Assembly: GCA_045863395.1 (NCBI GenBank)
Contig: BTVJ01000036.1
Span: 8,856-72,855 of the forward strand
Direction: 5' to 3'
Source: Myxococcales bacterium
GTDB lineage: Bacteria > Myxococcota_A > UBA9042 > JABWCM01 > BTVJ01
Length of the DNA: 64,000 bases
In this document: piece after piece, positions 1 through 8,326 of the stretch
How the letters are laid out: every line of letters begins with the position of its first letter
Numbering within the stretch: the first letter of the stretch is position 1
Made by a program: the position numbers and the translations under genes
The notes under the pieces: generated by a model
What the model was told of the DNA's origin: nothing
Database searches by the model: none
What the model saw: the letters and a program-made list of their open reading frames with translations, nothing else

Positions 1-921
1 CAGCGGCTCCCCTGCGGAGATCGGGACGTGCCGCATCCGCTTCCCGGTACCCACGAGGAGGCCGTCGGGGTCCGGGAGGACCGCACCATGATAGAAACCG
101 AGGTGGACCCCGTCCCGTCGCGGCTTCAGGTAACAGACGAGGCGGCCATCCCCGTAGGCCACCACCCGCCACCCGGAGATCACGCGCTCCTCCGAATCCG
201 GGAGCGCCTGCCGCACGACGGCCCGCACGTCCAGGAACAGGCGCCGTGCCCGCTCGTCCAGCGCCGCGATCAGAGGCTCCAGCTCCGGCGACTCATCCCC
301 GGTCTGCCTGAGCTCCCGCACCTGGCGGAACCAGCGCCCCAGCACGCCCATGAACCGCTCGATGACTCGCCCCGCGTCGGCGTGGTCCGGGTCGGACATG
401 TCCTGCATGAGCAGCCCCGCGTACCCCCCGAACAGGGTCCCGGCGATGCCCTTCAGCTCGTCCTCGGTGACCATGTCCTCGAGCAGCGGCCGCAGGATCT
501 CGGCCACTGCCGTCCGCGCGCGCCGGTAGAACTTGGACAGCGCCTCGCGCACCTCCGGCTCCCGTCGCGCGAGGACCGTCAGCTCCAGCCACAGGGGCAC
601 GATGACCCGCCCCCGGTGCAGCTCGCGGGACAGCCCCTCCGTGAACACCCGCATGACGTCCTCGCGCCCGGTCGCGGTCTGGAACTGCTCGTAGAGCTGA
701 TCCATCACCTCCCGCGACCAGGTCTCGAGGATGTCGATGAACACCTCTTGCTTGGAGGTGTAGTGCCAGTAGAAGCTGCCCTTGGAGCTGCCGGCGGCCT
801 CGCAGATGCCGTCGACGGTGGTGTCGTTGTACCCGAAGTCCCGCAGGCAGCGGTACGCGGCCTTGCGGAGCTGCTCACGCTTCTCCTCGCCGCTCCGCCC
901 CTTGCGCTCGGTCCTGGGCAC
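1..921 (-). CDS. TetR/AcrR-family regulator fused to a C-terminal DUF1801 (YdhG-like) domain; runs off the window start
   Basis: Missing from the ORF track because it has no stop in the window. My minus-strand translation from GTG at 921 (RBS AGGGAGG) gives a TetR HTH (AAYRCLRDFGYNDTTVDGICEAAGSSKGSFYWHYTSKQEVF). It continues without a stop into RVVAYGDGRLVCYLKP..VHLGFYHGAVLPDPDGLLVGTGKRMRHVPI, a typical DUF1801 motif. Confidence 0.85.
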   Translation of the reverse strand, partial: MPRTERKGRSGEEKREQLRKAAYRCLRDFGYNDTTVDGICEAAGSSKGSFYWHYTSKQEVFIDILETWSREVMDQLYEQFQTATGREDVMRVFTEGLSRELHRGRVIVPLWLELTVLARREPEVREALSKFYRRARTAVAEILRPLLEDMVTEDELKGIAGTLFGGYAGLLMQDMSDPDHADAGRVIERFMGVLGRWFRQVRELRQTGDESPELEPLIAALDERARRLFLDVRAVVRQALPDSEERVISGWRVVAYGDGRLVCYLKPRRDGVHLGFYHGAVLPDPDGLLVGTGKRMRHVPISAGEPL

Positions 922-946
922 CGCAGGCCTCCCTGGTCTGGCGCCC

Positions 947-976
947 CTCGTACTCGACGAACGTTCGGGATGTCAA
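947..976 (-). promoter_or_regulatory. Sigma70-type promoter of the TetR gene with a palindromic operator in the spacer
   Basis: Minus strand reads TTGACA-18nt-TACGAG. The spacer holds the perfect palindrome CGAACGTTCG (958-967). Confidence 0.5.
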
Positions 977-999
977 GTGGCCCCCCCGAGCCCCGAGAG

Positions 1000-2223
1000 C
1001 TACCGCCCCCAGGCCCGCCGCCCCTGGGAGGGACGCCGCTGCTGCCGGGGCGCCGGCGCGCGGACCTCGCCGCGGGGCACCGACGACTCGTAGGGGTGGC
1101 CGGAGATCACGCGCACCCGCTGAGAGATCAGGCGCTCGATGTCACGCAGGTAGGCCCGCTCCTCGGCGTCGCAGAAGGAGATCGCCATGCCGCTCGCCCC
1201 GGCCCGCGCCGTGCGACCGATGCGGTGCACGTAGCTCTCCGGCTCGTTGGGCAGATCGAAGTTGATCACGTGGCTGATGCCCTCCACGTCGATGCCGCGC
1301 GCCGCGATGTCCGTGGCGACCAGCACGCGGGTGCGGCCGGCGCGGAAGTTCTCGAGTGCCCGCTGCCGCGCGTTCTGCGACTTGTTGCCGTGAATCGCCT
1401 CGGCGGACACCGCGCTCCGCTCCAGCGCCCGGGCCACCTTGTCGGCGCCGTGCTTGGTCCGCGTGAACACGAGCGCCCGCTCGACGCCGGCCTGCTGGAG
1501 GATCTCCTGCAGCAGCATGGGCTTGTCCGCCTTCTCCACCATGAGCACGCGCTGCTCGATGCGCTCGGCCGTCGACGACACGGGCGTCACCTCGACGCGC
1601 ACCGGGTCCCGCAGGATGCGACCGGCGATGGTCGCCACCTCGTCGGGCATGGTCGCAGAGAAGAGCAGGGTCTGGCGCTGGTCGGGCACCGCGGCGATCA
1701 CCCGCCGCACGTCGTGGATGAAGCCCATGTCGAGCATGCGGTCCGCCTCGTCCAGCACGAACACGGACACCGAGTCCAGACGCACGTGGCCCTGGTTCAT
1801 CAGGTCGAGCAGGCGGCCGGGGGTGGCGACCAGCACGTCGACGCCGCGCTGGAGGGCCCGCACCTGGGCCCCCTGGTTCACGCCGCCGTAGATCACGGCG
1901 GTGGTGGTGCGCATGTGCGCGCCGTAGGCCCCGAAGCGCTCGGCGATCTGGATGGCCAGCTCGCGGGTCGGGGTCAGCACGAGGGTCCGCGCCGACCGGG
2001 GCTGCGCCACGGTGCGCGCCTCGACGAGCCGGTGCAGGATGGGCAGCGCGAACGCGGCGGTCTTGCCGGTGCCGGTCTGCGCGCACCCGAGCAGGTCACG
2101 CCCCTCGAGGAGGTGCGGGATGGCCTGGACCTGGATGGGCGTGGGGGTCTCGTAGCCCTCCTCCGCGACTGCGCGGAGGAGCGCCGGGTGGAGCGAGAGC
2201 TCCTGGAACGTCTGAATCTGCAT
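1000..2223 (-). CDS. rhlE: DEAD-box ATP-dependent RNA helicase (RhlE-like)
   Basis: Q motif (PTPIQ), [31 protein letters not shown] and HRIGRTAR. Start taken at ATG 2223 (MQIQTF) with RBS AGGAAG. Confidence 0.93.
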   Translation of the reverse strand: MQIQTFQELSLHPALLRAVAEEGYETPTPIQVQAIPHLLEGRDLLGCAQTGTGKTAAFALPILHRLVEARTVAQPRSARTLVLTPTRELAIQIAERFGAYGAHMRTTTAVIYGGVNQGAQVRALQRGVDVLVATPGRLLDLMNQGHVRLDSVSVFVLDEADRMLDMGFIHDVRRVIAAVPDQRQTLLFSATMPDEVATIAGRILRDPVRVEVTPVSSTAERIEQRVLMVEKADKPMLLQEILQQAGVERALVFTRTKHGADKVARALERSAVSAEAIHGNKSQNARQRALENFRAGRTRVLVATDIAARGIDVEGISHVINFDLPNEPESYVHRIGRTARAGASGMAISFCDAEERAYLRDIERLISQRVRVISGHPYESSVPRGEVRAPAPRQQRRPSQGRRAWGR

Positions 2224-2544
2224 GTACTTCCTGGAGTGGTGTGCCGGCCGCAAAACGCGGCCACACGAGCTGAGCTCACTGCGCGCGCACGGGCGGCGAG
2301 GCTCGAAATCGGGAGGAGCAGGGCCTTGGGAAAAGGCGGCGACCGCACGAGGTGGGACGCTTGCGCGCTGTCTTCCGGAGCGGGACTCTCATGTCCCGGG
2401 GAGCTTCTTGCCTGAGTCGCGGCACGATGTCAAGAAGCGCCATGAGCTGGGGCCTACCCTGCAGTGCACCTCCTCGGTGTCACCCCCCGGGACCATCACC
2501 CAGTCGCAGACATTGCAGATATCGAGATCCACGTATACGTTTGT

Positions 2545-2572
2545 TGCAACCGCGCACCCGCTGCACCTCGTC
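2545..2572 (+). promoter_or_regulatory. Possible ECF-sigma promoter
   Basis: TGCAAC-18nt-CGTC, ending 28 nt before ATG 2600. Resembles the AAC/CGT consensus of ECF promoters. Confidence 0.3.
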
Positions 2573-2599
2573 CCCTGCGCGCCGATCGGGAGGAGCACC

Positions 2600-3367
2600 A
2601 TGAGGACCGCCGTCGTCGCACTCCTCGCCAGCCTCTCCGCGACCCTCGGCTCGTGCGAGTCGGATCCGGCATCTCCCGCCACCCCGTGCAACGAGAGCGC
2701 GGAGTGCGGGGGCGGCCAGGTCTGCGTCCACGCGGGAACGGGTGAGGTGCTCGGGTCCCTGGCCCTCAAGGCGGACTGCACCTGCGACTACAACCCGGTG
2801 TGCGAGGCAGCCATGAAGTGCAGCTCCGGGAAGTGCTCCTGCGACCCGGAGTGCAACCACGGGGAGGCCTGCGGCGCCGACGGCCACTGCGACACCTGGT
2901 GCCCGACCGGCGTCGACGCCGACTGCGCCGGGTCGCCTGACGACGGGAAGTACTGTGCCTCCGAGCCGGCGCCACCGACCTCGTTGGACGCGGGCACCGG
3001 AGGTGCCGACGTGACCGGGGCGGGCGCACAGCCGGACCCCGTCCAGCCGACCTTCGCCGGCACCTGCGCGCCGAGCCCGTCCAGCGCGGCGCCCGGAGTG
3101 GGCGGCTCGGGCGGCGACCCGGGTGCGTGCGGGGACCCTGGCGCCAAGACCAAGGCCTCCTGCAAAGAGGACGGCGAGTGTGGCCCCGTGCTGACCTGCA
3201 TGAAGCCCTGCCCGAGCTGCGAGAAGACCTGCAACCTCCCCTGCGGCACCGGAGACGAAGGAGACGCCTTGTGCGCGTCCTATGGAGCCGGGATCTGCCC
3301 CGAGAAGACCTGCACCATGTGCTTCCCGGTGTGCAGCAAGCCCCCCACGCGGTGCACACCCCTCTGA
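2600..3367 (+). CDS. Cys-rich lipoprotein, hypothetical
   Basis: RBS GGAGGAG; signal peptide with lipobox (MRTAVVALLASLSATLGSC); two Cys-rich modules separated by a Pro/Gly/Ala linker. Confidence 0.8.
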   Translation: MRTAVVALLASLSATLGSCESDPASPATPCNESAECGGGQVCVHAGTGEVLGSLALKADCTCDYNPVCEAAMKCSSGKCSCDPECNHGEACGADGHCDTWCPTGVDADCAGSPDDGKYCASEPAPPTSLDAGTGGADVTGAGAQPDPVQPTFAGTCAPSPSSAAPGVGGSGGDPGACGDPGAKTKASCKEDGECGPVLTCMKPCPSCEKTCNLPCGTGDEGDALCASYGAGICPEKTCTMCFPVCSKPPTRCTPL

Positions 3368-3407
3368 ACCGTCCGCACGGAGGACGGCGCGCACTGCGCG
3401 GGATCCC

Positions 3408-5243
3408 TCAGCGCCGCGTCCACACCCGCAGCGCCTGCTCCTGCCCGGATGTGCCCAGCGCGAGGCGGGTCCCGCCGCCATTCAGCGCGACGGACATTCC
3501 ATAGCCATCGAAGGCGCGGAGCTCGGACATCGTCCCCCCGGGGAGCGCCCAGATGCGAGCGCGTGCGTCGAGGCACGCGGCGACCAGCTCCCCGAGCGGC
3601 GAGAAGGTCACGTCGTTGCAGCCGAGGTCTCCAGCCGCGAACTGGCGGATCTCCACGAGGTCCGCCGACCACAGACGCACCGGCGTCGGACCGCGGAAGG
3701 CCTCCGTCGTCGCGAGGACCGACCCGTCCGCCGACCAGGCCACCGCCGTGTAGGCGCGGGGCTCCTGGGTCGACGCGCGCCCCTCGTCCTCCCCTGGGTC
3801 CCAGGTCCGCAGGACGCCGTCCTCCCCCACCGAGGCGATGCGGGGGCCCCACGCCACCGACGTCGCGCCGCCGGGGTGGCCGCTCCACGTGCGGAGGAGC
3901 GCGCCCGTGGTGGCGTCCCACAGGCGCACCCGCCCGTCGCTCGCCGACGTCACCACGCGCCCCCCATCGGGCGCCCACGCCACGTCCGTGGCCCCCCCTT
4001 CGTGGCCACCGAGCGTGAGGGGAGCGCCACCACCCTCCAGGTTCCACAGCACGACCCGGGTGTCGCCCGCCGTCGCGAGGCGCCCCTCCGGCGAGAAGGA
4101 CACCGAGGACACGGCCCCCCGGTGCGCGGGGATCACGCCCCGGCGCCGCGGAGACGCCCACACGGTGAGGCCCCCATCCGCGTGCCCGGCGACCACCACG
4201 TCGCCCCGGGGCGAGAAGGCGACGGCGCGCACCGCCGCGTGCTGACCCCGCGCCGACGCCATCACCGCCCCGTCCGGCCCCCGCAGCTCCAGCCCCCCGT
4301 GGATGTCCCCCGTGAGCACCCAGCCCCGCTCGGCGCGCAGCGCAATGGTCGCCGGCTGGGCTCCGTTCCAGTCGCGGGAGACAGGTCCCCTCCCCACGCG
4401 CGCCTGCTTCGCCACGTCCCAGCGGTCGAGCCCGTCCATGGTCGCGACGAGCAGCTCGTCCCCGCTCGTCCCCAGAAGCGCCACCGCGGTGACCCCGACC
4501 CCGTCGAAGTTCGCCCCTGGCTCGCGCACCGCGACGGTCCCCACCAGGAGGCCGGTCCCCACGTCCCACACCAGGGCCTCGTCGGCAGCGGCCGCGGCCC
4601 GGCGTCCATCCAGGCTCCAGGCCAGGCCGTTCGGGGGCAGGAAGTACGCTGACGGGTGCGCTCCCACCCGAGCCGTTGCCAGAGAGAACGCCCGAATCAG
4701 CTCCAGGGTACGGGCATCGCGCAGCTCCACGGCGCCGAACTCGTCTCCGCGGCCCACGAGCAGCCCGCCCGGCCCCCCCGCCAATGCGCGCACACCCTCC
4801 CCCCCGGCCACCGAGCGCGGCTCCGCGGAGCCCGCCTCCCACCGGCGCAGCGACCCGTCCGCCAGACCCACCACCAGACCACCCGAGGCCCAGGCCAGCG
4901 CGCCCACGGACCCACCGGGGTTCAGCTCCCGCGCAACGCCCTCGCGCGCCACCACGGCCAGCTCCCGACCCTCTCCATGAAGCAAAGCGACCGTCCCGTC
5001 CGGAGACAGCGCCACCACCGCCCCACTGCACGGCGCCCACTCCCTCTGCCCACGAAGCTCAAGACCGGGCAGGCTCCACCAGCGCAAGGTCCCGTCCCAG
5101 GACGCGCTCACGGCAGCGTCCCCGGCGACGTCGACGGCCGCGATGGCCGCGTCGTGCCAGGGCGTGCTCCAGAGCGCCCACTCCGCCCGGGCGGTGGCTG
5201 GCGCAAGAAGCAGCCACACCGCCACGCACCCGATACGCTTCAT
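3408..5243 (-). CDS. Secreted WD40-repeat (beta-propeller) protein
   Basis: Signal peptide MKRIGCVAVWLLLAPATARA; many WD40 repeats such as GHEGGATDVAWAPDGGRVVTSASDGRVRLWD. Confidence 0.88.
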   Translation of the reverse strand: MKRIGCVAVWLLLAPATARAEWALWSTPWHDAAIAAVDVAGDAAVSASWDGTLRWWSLPGLELRGQREWAPCSGAVVALSPDGTVALLHGEGRELAVVAREGVARELNPGGSVGALAWASGGLVVGLADGSLRRWEAGSAEPRSVAGGEGVRALAGGPGGLLVGRGDEFGAVELRDARTLELIRAFSLATARVGAHPSAYFLPPNGLAWSLDGRRAAAAADEALVWDVGTGLLVGTVAVREPGANFDGVGVTAVALLGTSGDELLVATMDGLDRWDVAKQARVGRGPVSRDWNGAQPATIALRAERGWVLTGDIHGGLELRGPDGAVMASARGQHAAVRAVAFSPRGDVVVAGHADGGLTVWASPRRRGVIPAHRGAVSSVSFSPEGRLATAGDTRVVLWNLEGGGAPLTLGGHEGGATDVAWAPDGGRVVTSASDGRVRLWDATTGALLRTWSGHPGGATSVAWGPRIASVGEDGVLRTWDPGEDEGRASTQEPRAYTAVAWSADGSVLATTEAFRGPTPVRLWSADLVEIRQFAAGDLGCNDVTFSPLGELVAACLDARARIWALPGGTMSELRAFDGYGMSVALNGGGTRLALGTSGQEQALRVWTRR

Positions 5244-5326
5244 ACGAGCCCCAGGTCGGTGAGCCCCCCGAACGTCCGCAGGCTGCCATCCGTGCGGTTC
5301 AAGAGGGGAGGTATCCGCGCCAGACG

Positions 5327-5845
5327 TCAGGTGGACTGGCTGATCTCGTCGGTGGTCAGGATGGGCGAGGCGTCGATGTCCCCAGCCTCCATGAGGTCCA
5401 CGACCCGCTGCAGGGCGTCGAGCAGCGCGACGCGCTCGGTCGCATCGAGGCGGGACAGCCGTCGCAGGAACGCATCCTGCAGCGGGGTCGGCAGGTGAGT
5501 GAAGAGCTCCGCCCCGCGCGGAGTCATGGAGAGGCACACCTTGCGCCGGTCGCGGGACCGTCGCTCCCGCACGACGAGGCCGTCACGCTCGAGGCGGTCG
5601 AGGATCCCGGACACGGTGGCTGGCGAGAGGTGGACCCGCTGGCTGACCAGCGCCGGCGTGACCTCATCCTCCTGGGCGTCTCCCACGGCCTTGAGGCAGA
5701 GGAGCTGGGGCACGGTGAGACCTACCTCCCGGGACATCATCCGGGAATGATCGGACACCTTGCGGATGATCCGCCTGATGGAGCGCAGGATCTCATACGA
5801 GCTGCCCTCGTCGCGCGGTCCCTCTTCGTGGGTCACGGCAGGCAC
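5327..5845 (-). CDS. MarR-family transcriptional regulator
   Basis: GLTVPQLLCL..LSPATVSGILDRLERDGLVVRERRSRDRRKVCLSMTPRG. Start taken at GTG 5845 after GGAAGGAG. Confidence 0.9.
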   Translation of the reverse strand: MPAVTHEEGPRDEGSSYEILRSIRRIIRKVSDHSRMMSREVGLTVPQLLCLKAVGDAQEDEVTPALVSQRVHLSPATVSGILDRLERDGLVVRERRSRDRRKVCLSMTPRGAELFTHLPTPLQDAFLRRLSRLDATERVALLDALQRVVDLMEAGDIDASPILTTDEISQST

Positions 5846-5940
5846 TCTCCTTCCACCGGGGTGACGGCGGCGCATGCACACCCGTCAGCGCCGCCCCACA
5901 GATCGACGATTCAGAGGGTAGAGGACGCCTCGCGGGGGCG

Positions 5941-6159
5941 TCACGCGGGCTTCTTGTCCTTCAGACGGCGCTTGTCGAGCTCGAACACCACGTTCCCCTG
6001 AGCGATCTCGCGCAGGGCCGTCACGAGCGCCTTGTTCTTGGTGCGGATGGTGGGGTCCGCTCCCTGCATGAGCTGGCGGGCGCGCCGTGTGGCGAGGTTG
6101 ACGAGAGCGAACCGGTTGTCCACGTGCTGCAGACAATCCTCGATGGTGACGCGAGCCAT
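5941..6159 (-). CDS. rpoZ: RNA polymerase omega subunit
   Basis: [50 protein letters not shown]. Confidence 0.96.
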   Translation of the reverse strand: MARVTIEDCLQHVDNRFALVNLATRRARQLMQGADPTIRTKNKALVTALREIAQGNVVFELDKRRLKDKKPA

Positions 6160-6213
6160 GCTTCCTCCTGAGTGGTCTCTGACGGCGCCCGCCGGACGCC
6201 GACAAGGCGGCAC

Positions 6214-6243
6214 AATCTAGTGGGCGCGCCGCCTCGGTGTCAA
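6214..6243 (-). promoter_or_regulatory. Sigma70-type promoter of rpoZ
   Basis: Minus strand TTGACA-18nt-TAGATT. Confidence 0.55.
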
Positions 6244-6425
6244 TGACGGGCTGGACCGGGTGCTGAAACCGCCGGGCCCAGCCGTTCTGGAGGCCTGCCC
6301 GCCGCGCCCCATCATCTTGATCCCTGTCACTGCGATTGACAGGTCCGCCCGCCCTCCGCTACACCTGCTCGGGTGTCCGTGGCGGGCGACCGCACACCCT
6401 CACAGCCCCGACGGGAGCCAGCGTC

Positions 6426-7355
6426 ATGAAGTGCCGAGCGATCACCGCAGCCATCGCCCTCACGGGTGTGATCGCGTGCGGTCCCGATCGGCCGGACCCC
6501 GCGGCGCACCCGGACGAGGTGATGAGCACGGCGCGCGGGCGCCGCCTGGGCGTCGTCCAGCTCGTGCACAGCGAAGGCCACCGGCTGCACGGGACCTCCC
6601 GCCTGCTGGTGAGCGCCGCGTTCGTCCGCACGGACGGGCTGGACAGAGGCACGGTCGCCAGGGTCCTGGGGCTGCCGGACATCCCCGACGCGGCAGACTT
6701 CGAGTCGGCCCAGTGCGCCGTCTCGTCTACGTCGGTGTCCGCCTCCATGGACGAGGCCGGGGGTGCGCCCGCGGTGGAGCTGCTGGACGCCGGCGCGCTG
6801 GAGCTTCGCGCCGGCCCCGAGACGATCACCGTCCCGAGCCAGTACTTCCCCGACGTGGTCTCCAACATCGCGGGCGTGACCTACGAGGCGACCGTGCGCA
6901 GCCGCAGCGCCCTCCCCACCACGAGCCAGGGACTCCGCGCCACCATCGCCGCGTCGGGCAGCGTGGACGTCGGGGCCTTCGAGGTGTCGCTCCAGGTCCC
7001 CGCGCGCCTGCGCCTCGTCGAGGTGGGCGGGCGCGCCGTGCGCCACGGGGTGGTCATGGCCGAGCTGACCGGTGAGCTCGGCCTGAGCTGGGAGCCTCCG
7101 AGCCGCGACTCGGACCTGCTGGTCGTGGAGGTCGCGCGCCAGTCCTTCGGCTCCGTGTCGACCGTCCGGTGCCTCGCCCCCGACAACGGGGCCTTCGCCG
7201 TGCCCGGCGAGATGCTCGCGCGCCTCCCACCCTCGGGGCCAGACACGACGGACCGCCTGTCCGTCCGGCGCATCATGCTGCAGCCCTTCGATGCACCCGG
7301 GCTCCACGAGGGTCTCGCCGTCTACGTCACCGAGGACGCCGTGCTCCTGCGCTGA
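6426..7355 (+). CDS. Hypothetical lipoprotein (beta-rich)
   Basis: Lipobox MKCRAITAAIALTGVIAC; upstream TTGACA at 6336; high-GC codon usage. Confidence 0.75.
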   Translation: MKCRAITAAIALTGVIACGPDRPDPAAHPDEVMSTARGRRLGVVQLVHSEGHRLHGTSRLLVSAAFVRTDGLDRGTVARVLGLPDIPDAADFESAQCAVSSTSVSASMDEAGGAPAVELLDAGALELRAGPETITVPSQYFPDVVSNIAGVTYEATVRSRSALPTTSQGLRATIAASGSVDVGAFEVSLQVPARLRLVEVGGRAVRHGVVMAELTGELGLSWEPPSRDSDLLVVEVARQSFGSVSTVRCLAPDNGAFAVPGEMLARLPPSGPDTTDRLSVRRIMLQPFDAPGLHEGLAVYVTEDAVLLR

Positions 7356-7368
7356 CCCGGGGCCCCCC

Positions 7369-8190
7369 TCAGCGCTTCTTGGCCCCACCCTTCAGCAGCT
7401 TGGCCAGGAATGGCAGGTTCTTCTCGAGGAAGGACTGGCTCTTGGTGCCCGTCGGCCGCGCAGGGCCCCCCTTCCCCTCGCGCATGGTGAGCAGCCGCAG
7501 CTCTCTCTGGGCCTCCACGTAGTTGGGCTTGACGGCCAGGGCCGCCTCCAGCGCCGAGCGCGCCTTCGTGCTGTCGCCCATGGCCTTGTAGAACTGGGCC
7601 ATGTAGTAGTGTGGCCGGGCGTCGTCCTTGTCCAGGCTCCGGGCACGCGTCCAGAGGGCCAGGGCCTCGTCCATGCGAGCCTTCTCGGCGAGGGCGTCGT
7701 TGTTGAAGACCGCCCACCCGAGGTCGGTCATGATGCCCGCGTCGTCGGGGGACAGCTTGATGGCCTGCCGCAGGAAGTGCTCCGCCTGGGCATAGCCTCG
7801 CATCTGCAGAAGGCGCTGCGCCTTGTGCTGGAAGATCTTGGCCTCCTCGATGTGTGCCTTGCCGGCCCCTCGGTTCGCCGGGCCGGCCTGGGACTTGCCG
7901 CTCTCCGCCGCCTGGACGGCAGCCTGGCGTTTCGCCGGATCCATGAGGACGGTGTACGCATCGGACACGAACTTGAACAGCTCGCTGGCCCGCGCCTTGG
8001 AGTCGGCGTCGAGGCCCGTGCGCCCGATCTTGTCCGGGTGGATCTGCTTCGCCAGGGCGAAGTACTCCTTCTGGATCGTCGCCGCGTCGGCCTTCGGGGT
8101 CAGGCCGAGGACCCCGAAGTAGTCGCGCGCGACCACCCGCCCGTGGCGCTCGTCGATCAGCTCCCGCAGCTTCTGGTCACTGTCGCTCAT
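7369..8190 (-). CDS. DnaJ-domain plus TPR protein
   Basis: J-domain DYFGVLGL..IQKEYFALAKQIHPDK..AYTVLMDPAKR, followed by TPR helices ([31 protein letters not shown]). Confidence 0.88.
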   Translation of the reverse strand: MSDSDQKLRELIDERHGRVVARDYFGVLGLTPKADAATIQKEYFALAKQIHPDKIGRTGLDADSKARASELFKFVSDAYTVLMDPAKRQAAVQAAESGKSQAGPANRGAGKAHIEEAKIFQHKAQRLLQMRGYAQAEHFLRQAIKLSPDDAGIMTDLGWAVFNNDALAEKARMDEALALWTRARSLDKDDARPHYYMAQFYKAMGDSTKARSALEAALAVKPNYVEAQRELRLLTMREGKGGPARPTGTKSQSFLEKNLPFLAKLLKGGAKKR

Positions 8191-8326
8191 GGAGTCCTGG
8201 CGCCCCCCGCTGGATTGTGCGCGCCCCCACCGCGCCGAGGGATTGTAGGAGCGGTTCCGCCCGGGAGCAAGCGCCTTCACCGCGCGGCCTGTGGAAGCGA
8301 GGCCTCAGTTGTGGTAGTTCCTCACT

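Noticed and set aside
28..2415. 795-aa + strand ORF
   Set aside because: Antisense shadow of the TetR-DUF1801 and rhlE genes; such shadows are expected in high-GC DNA.
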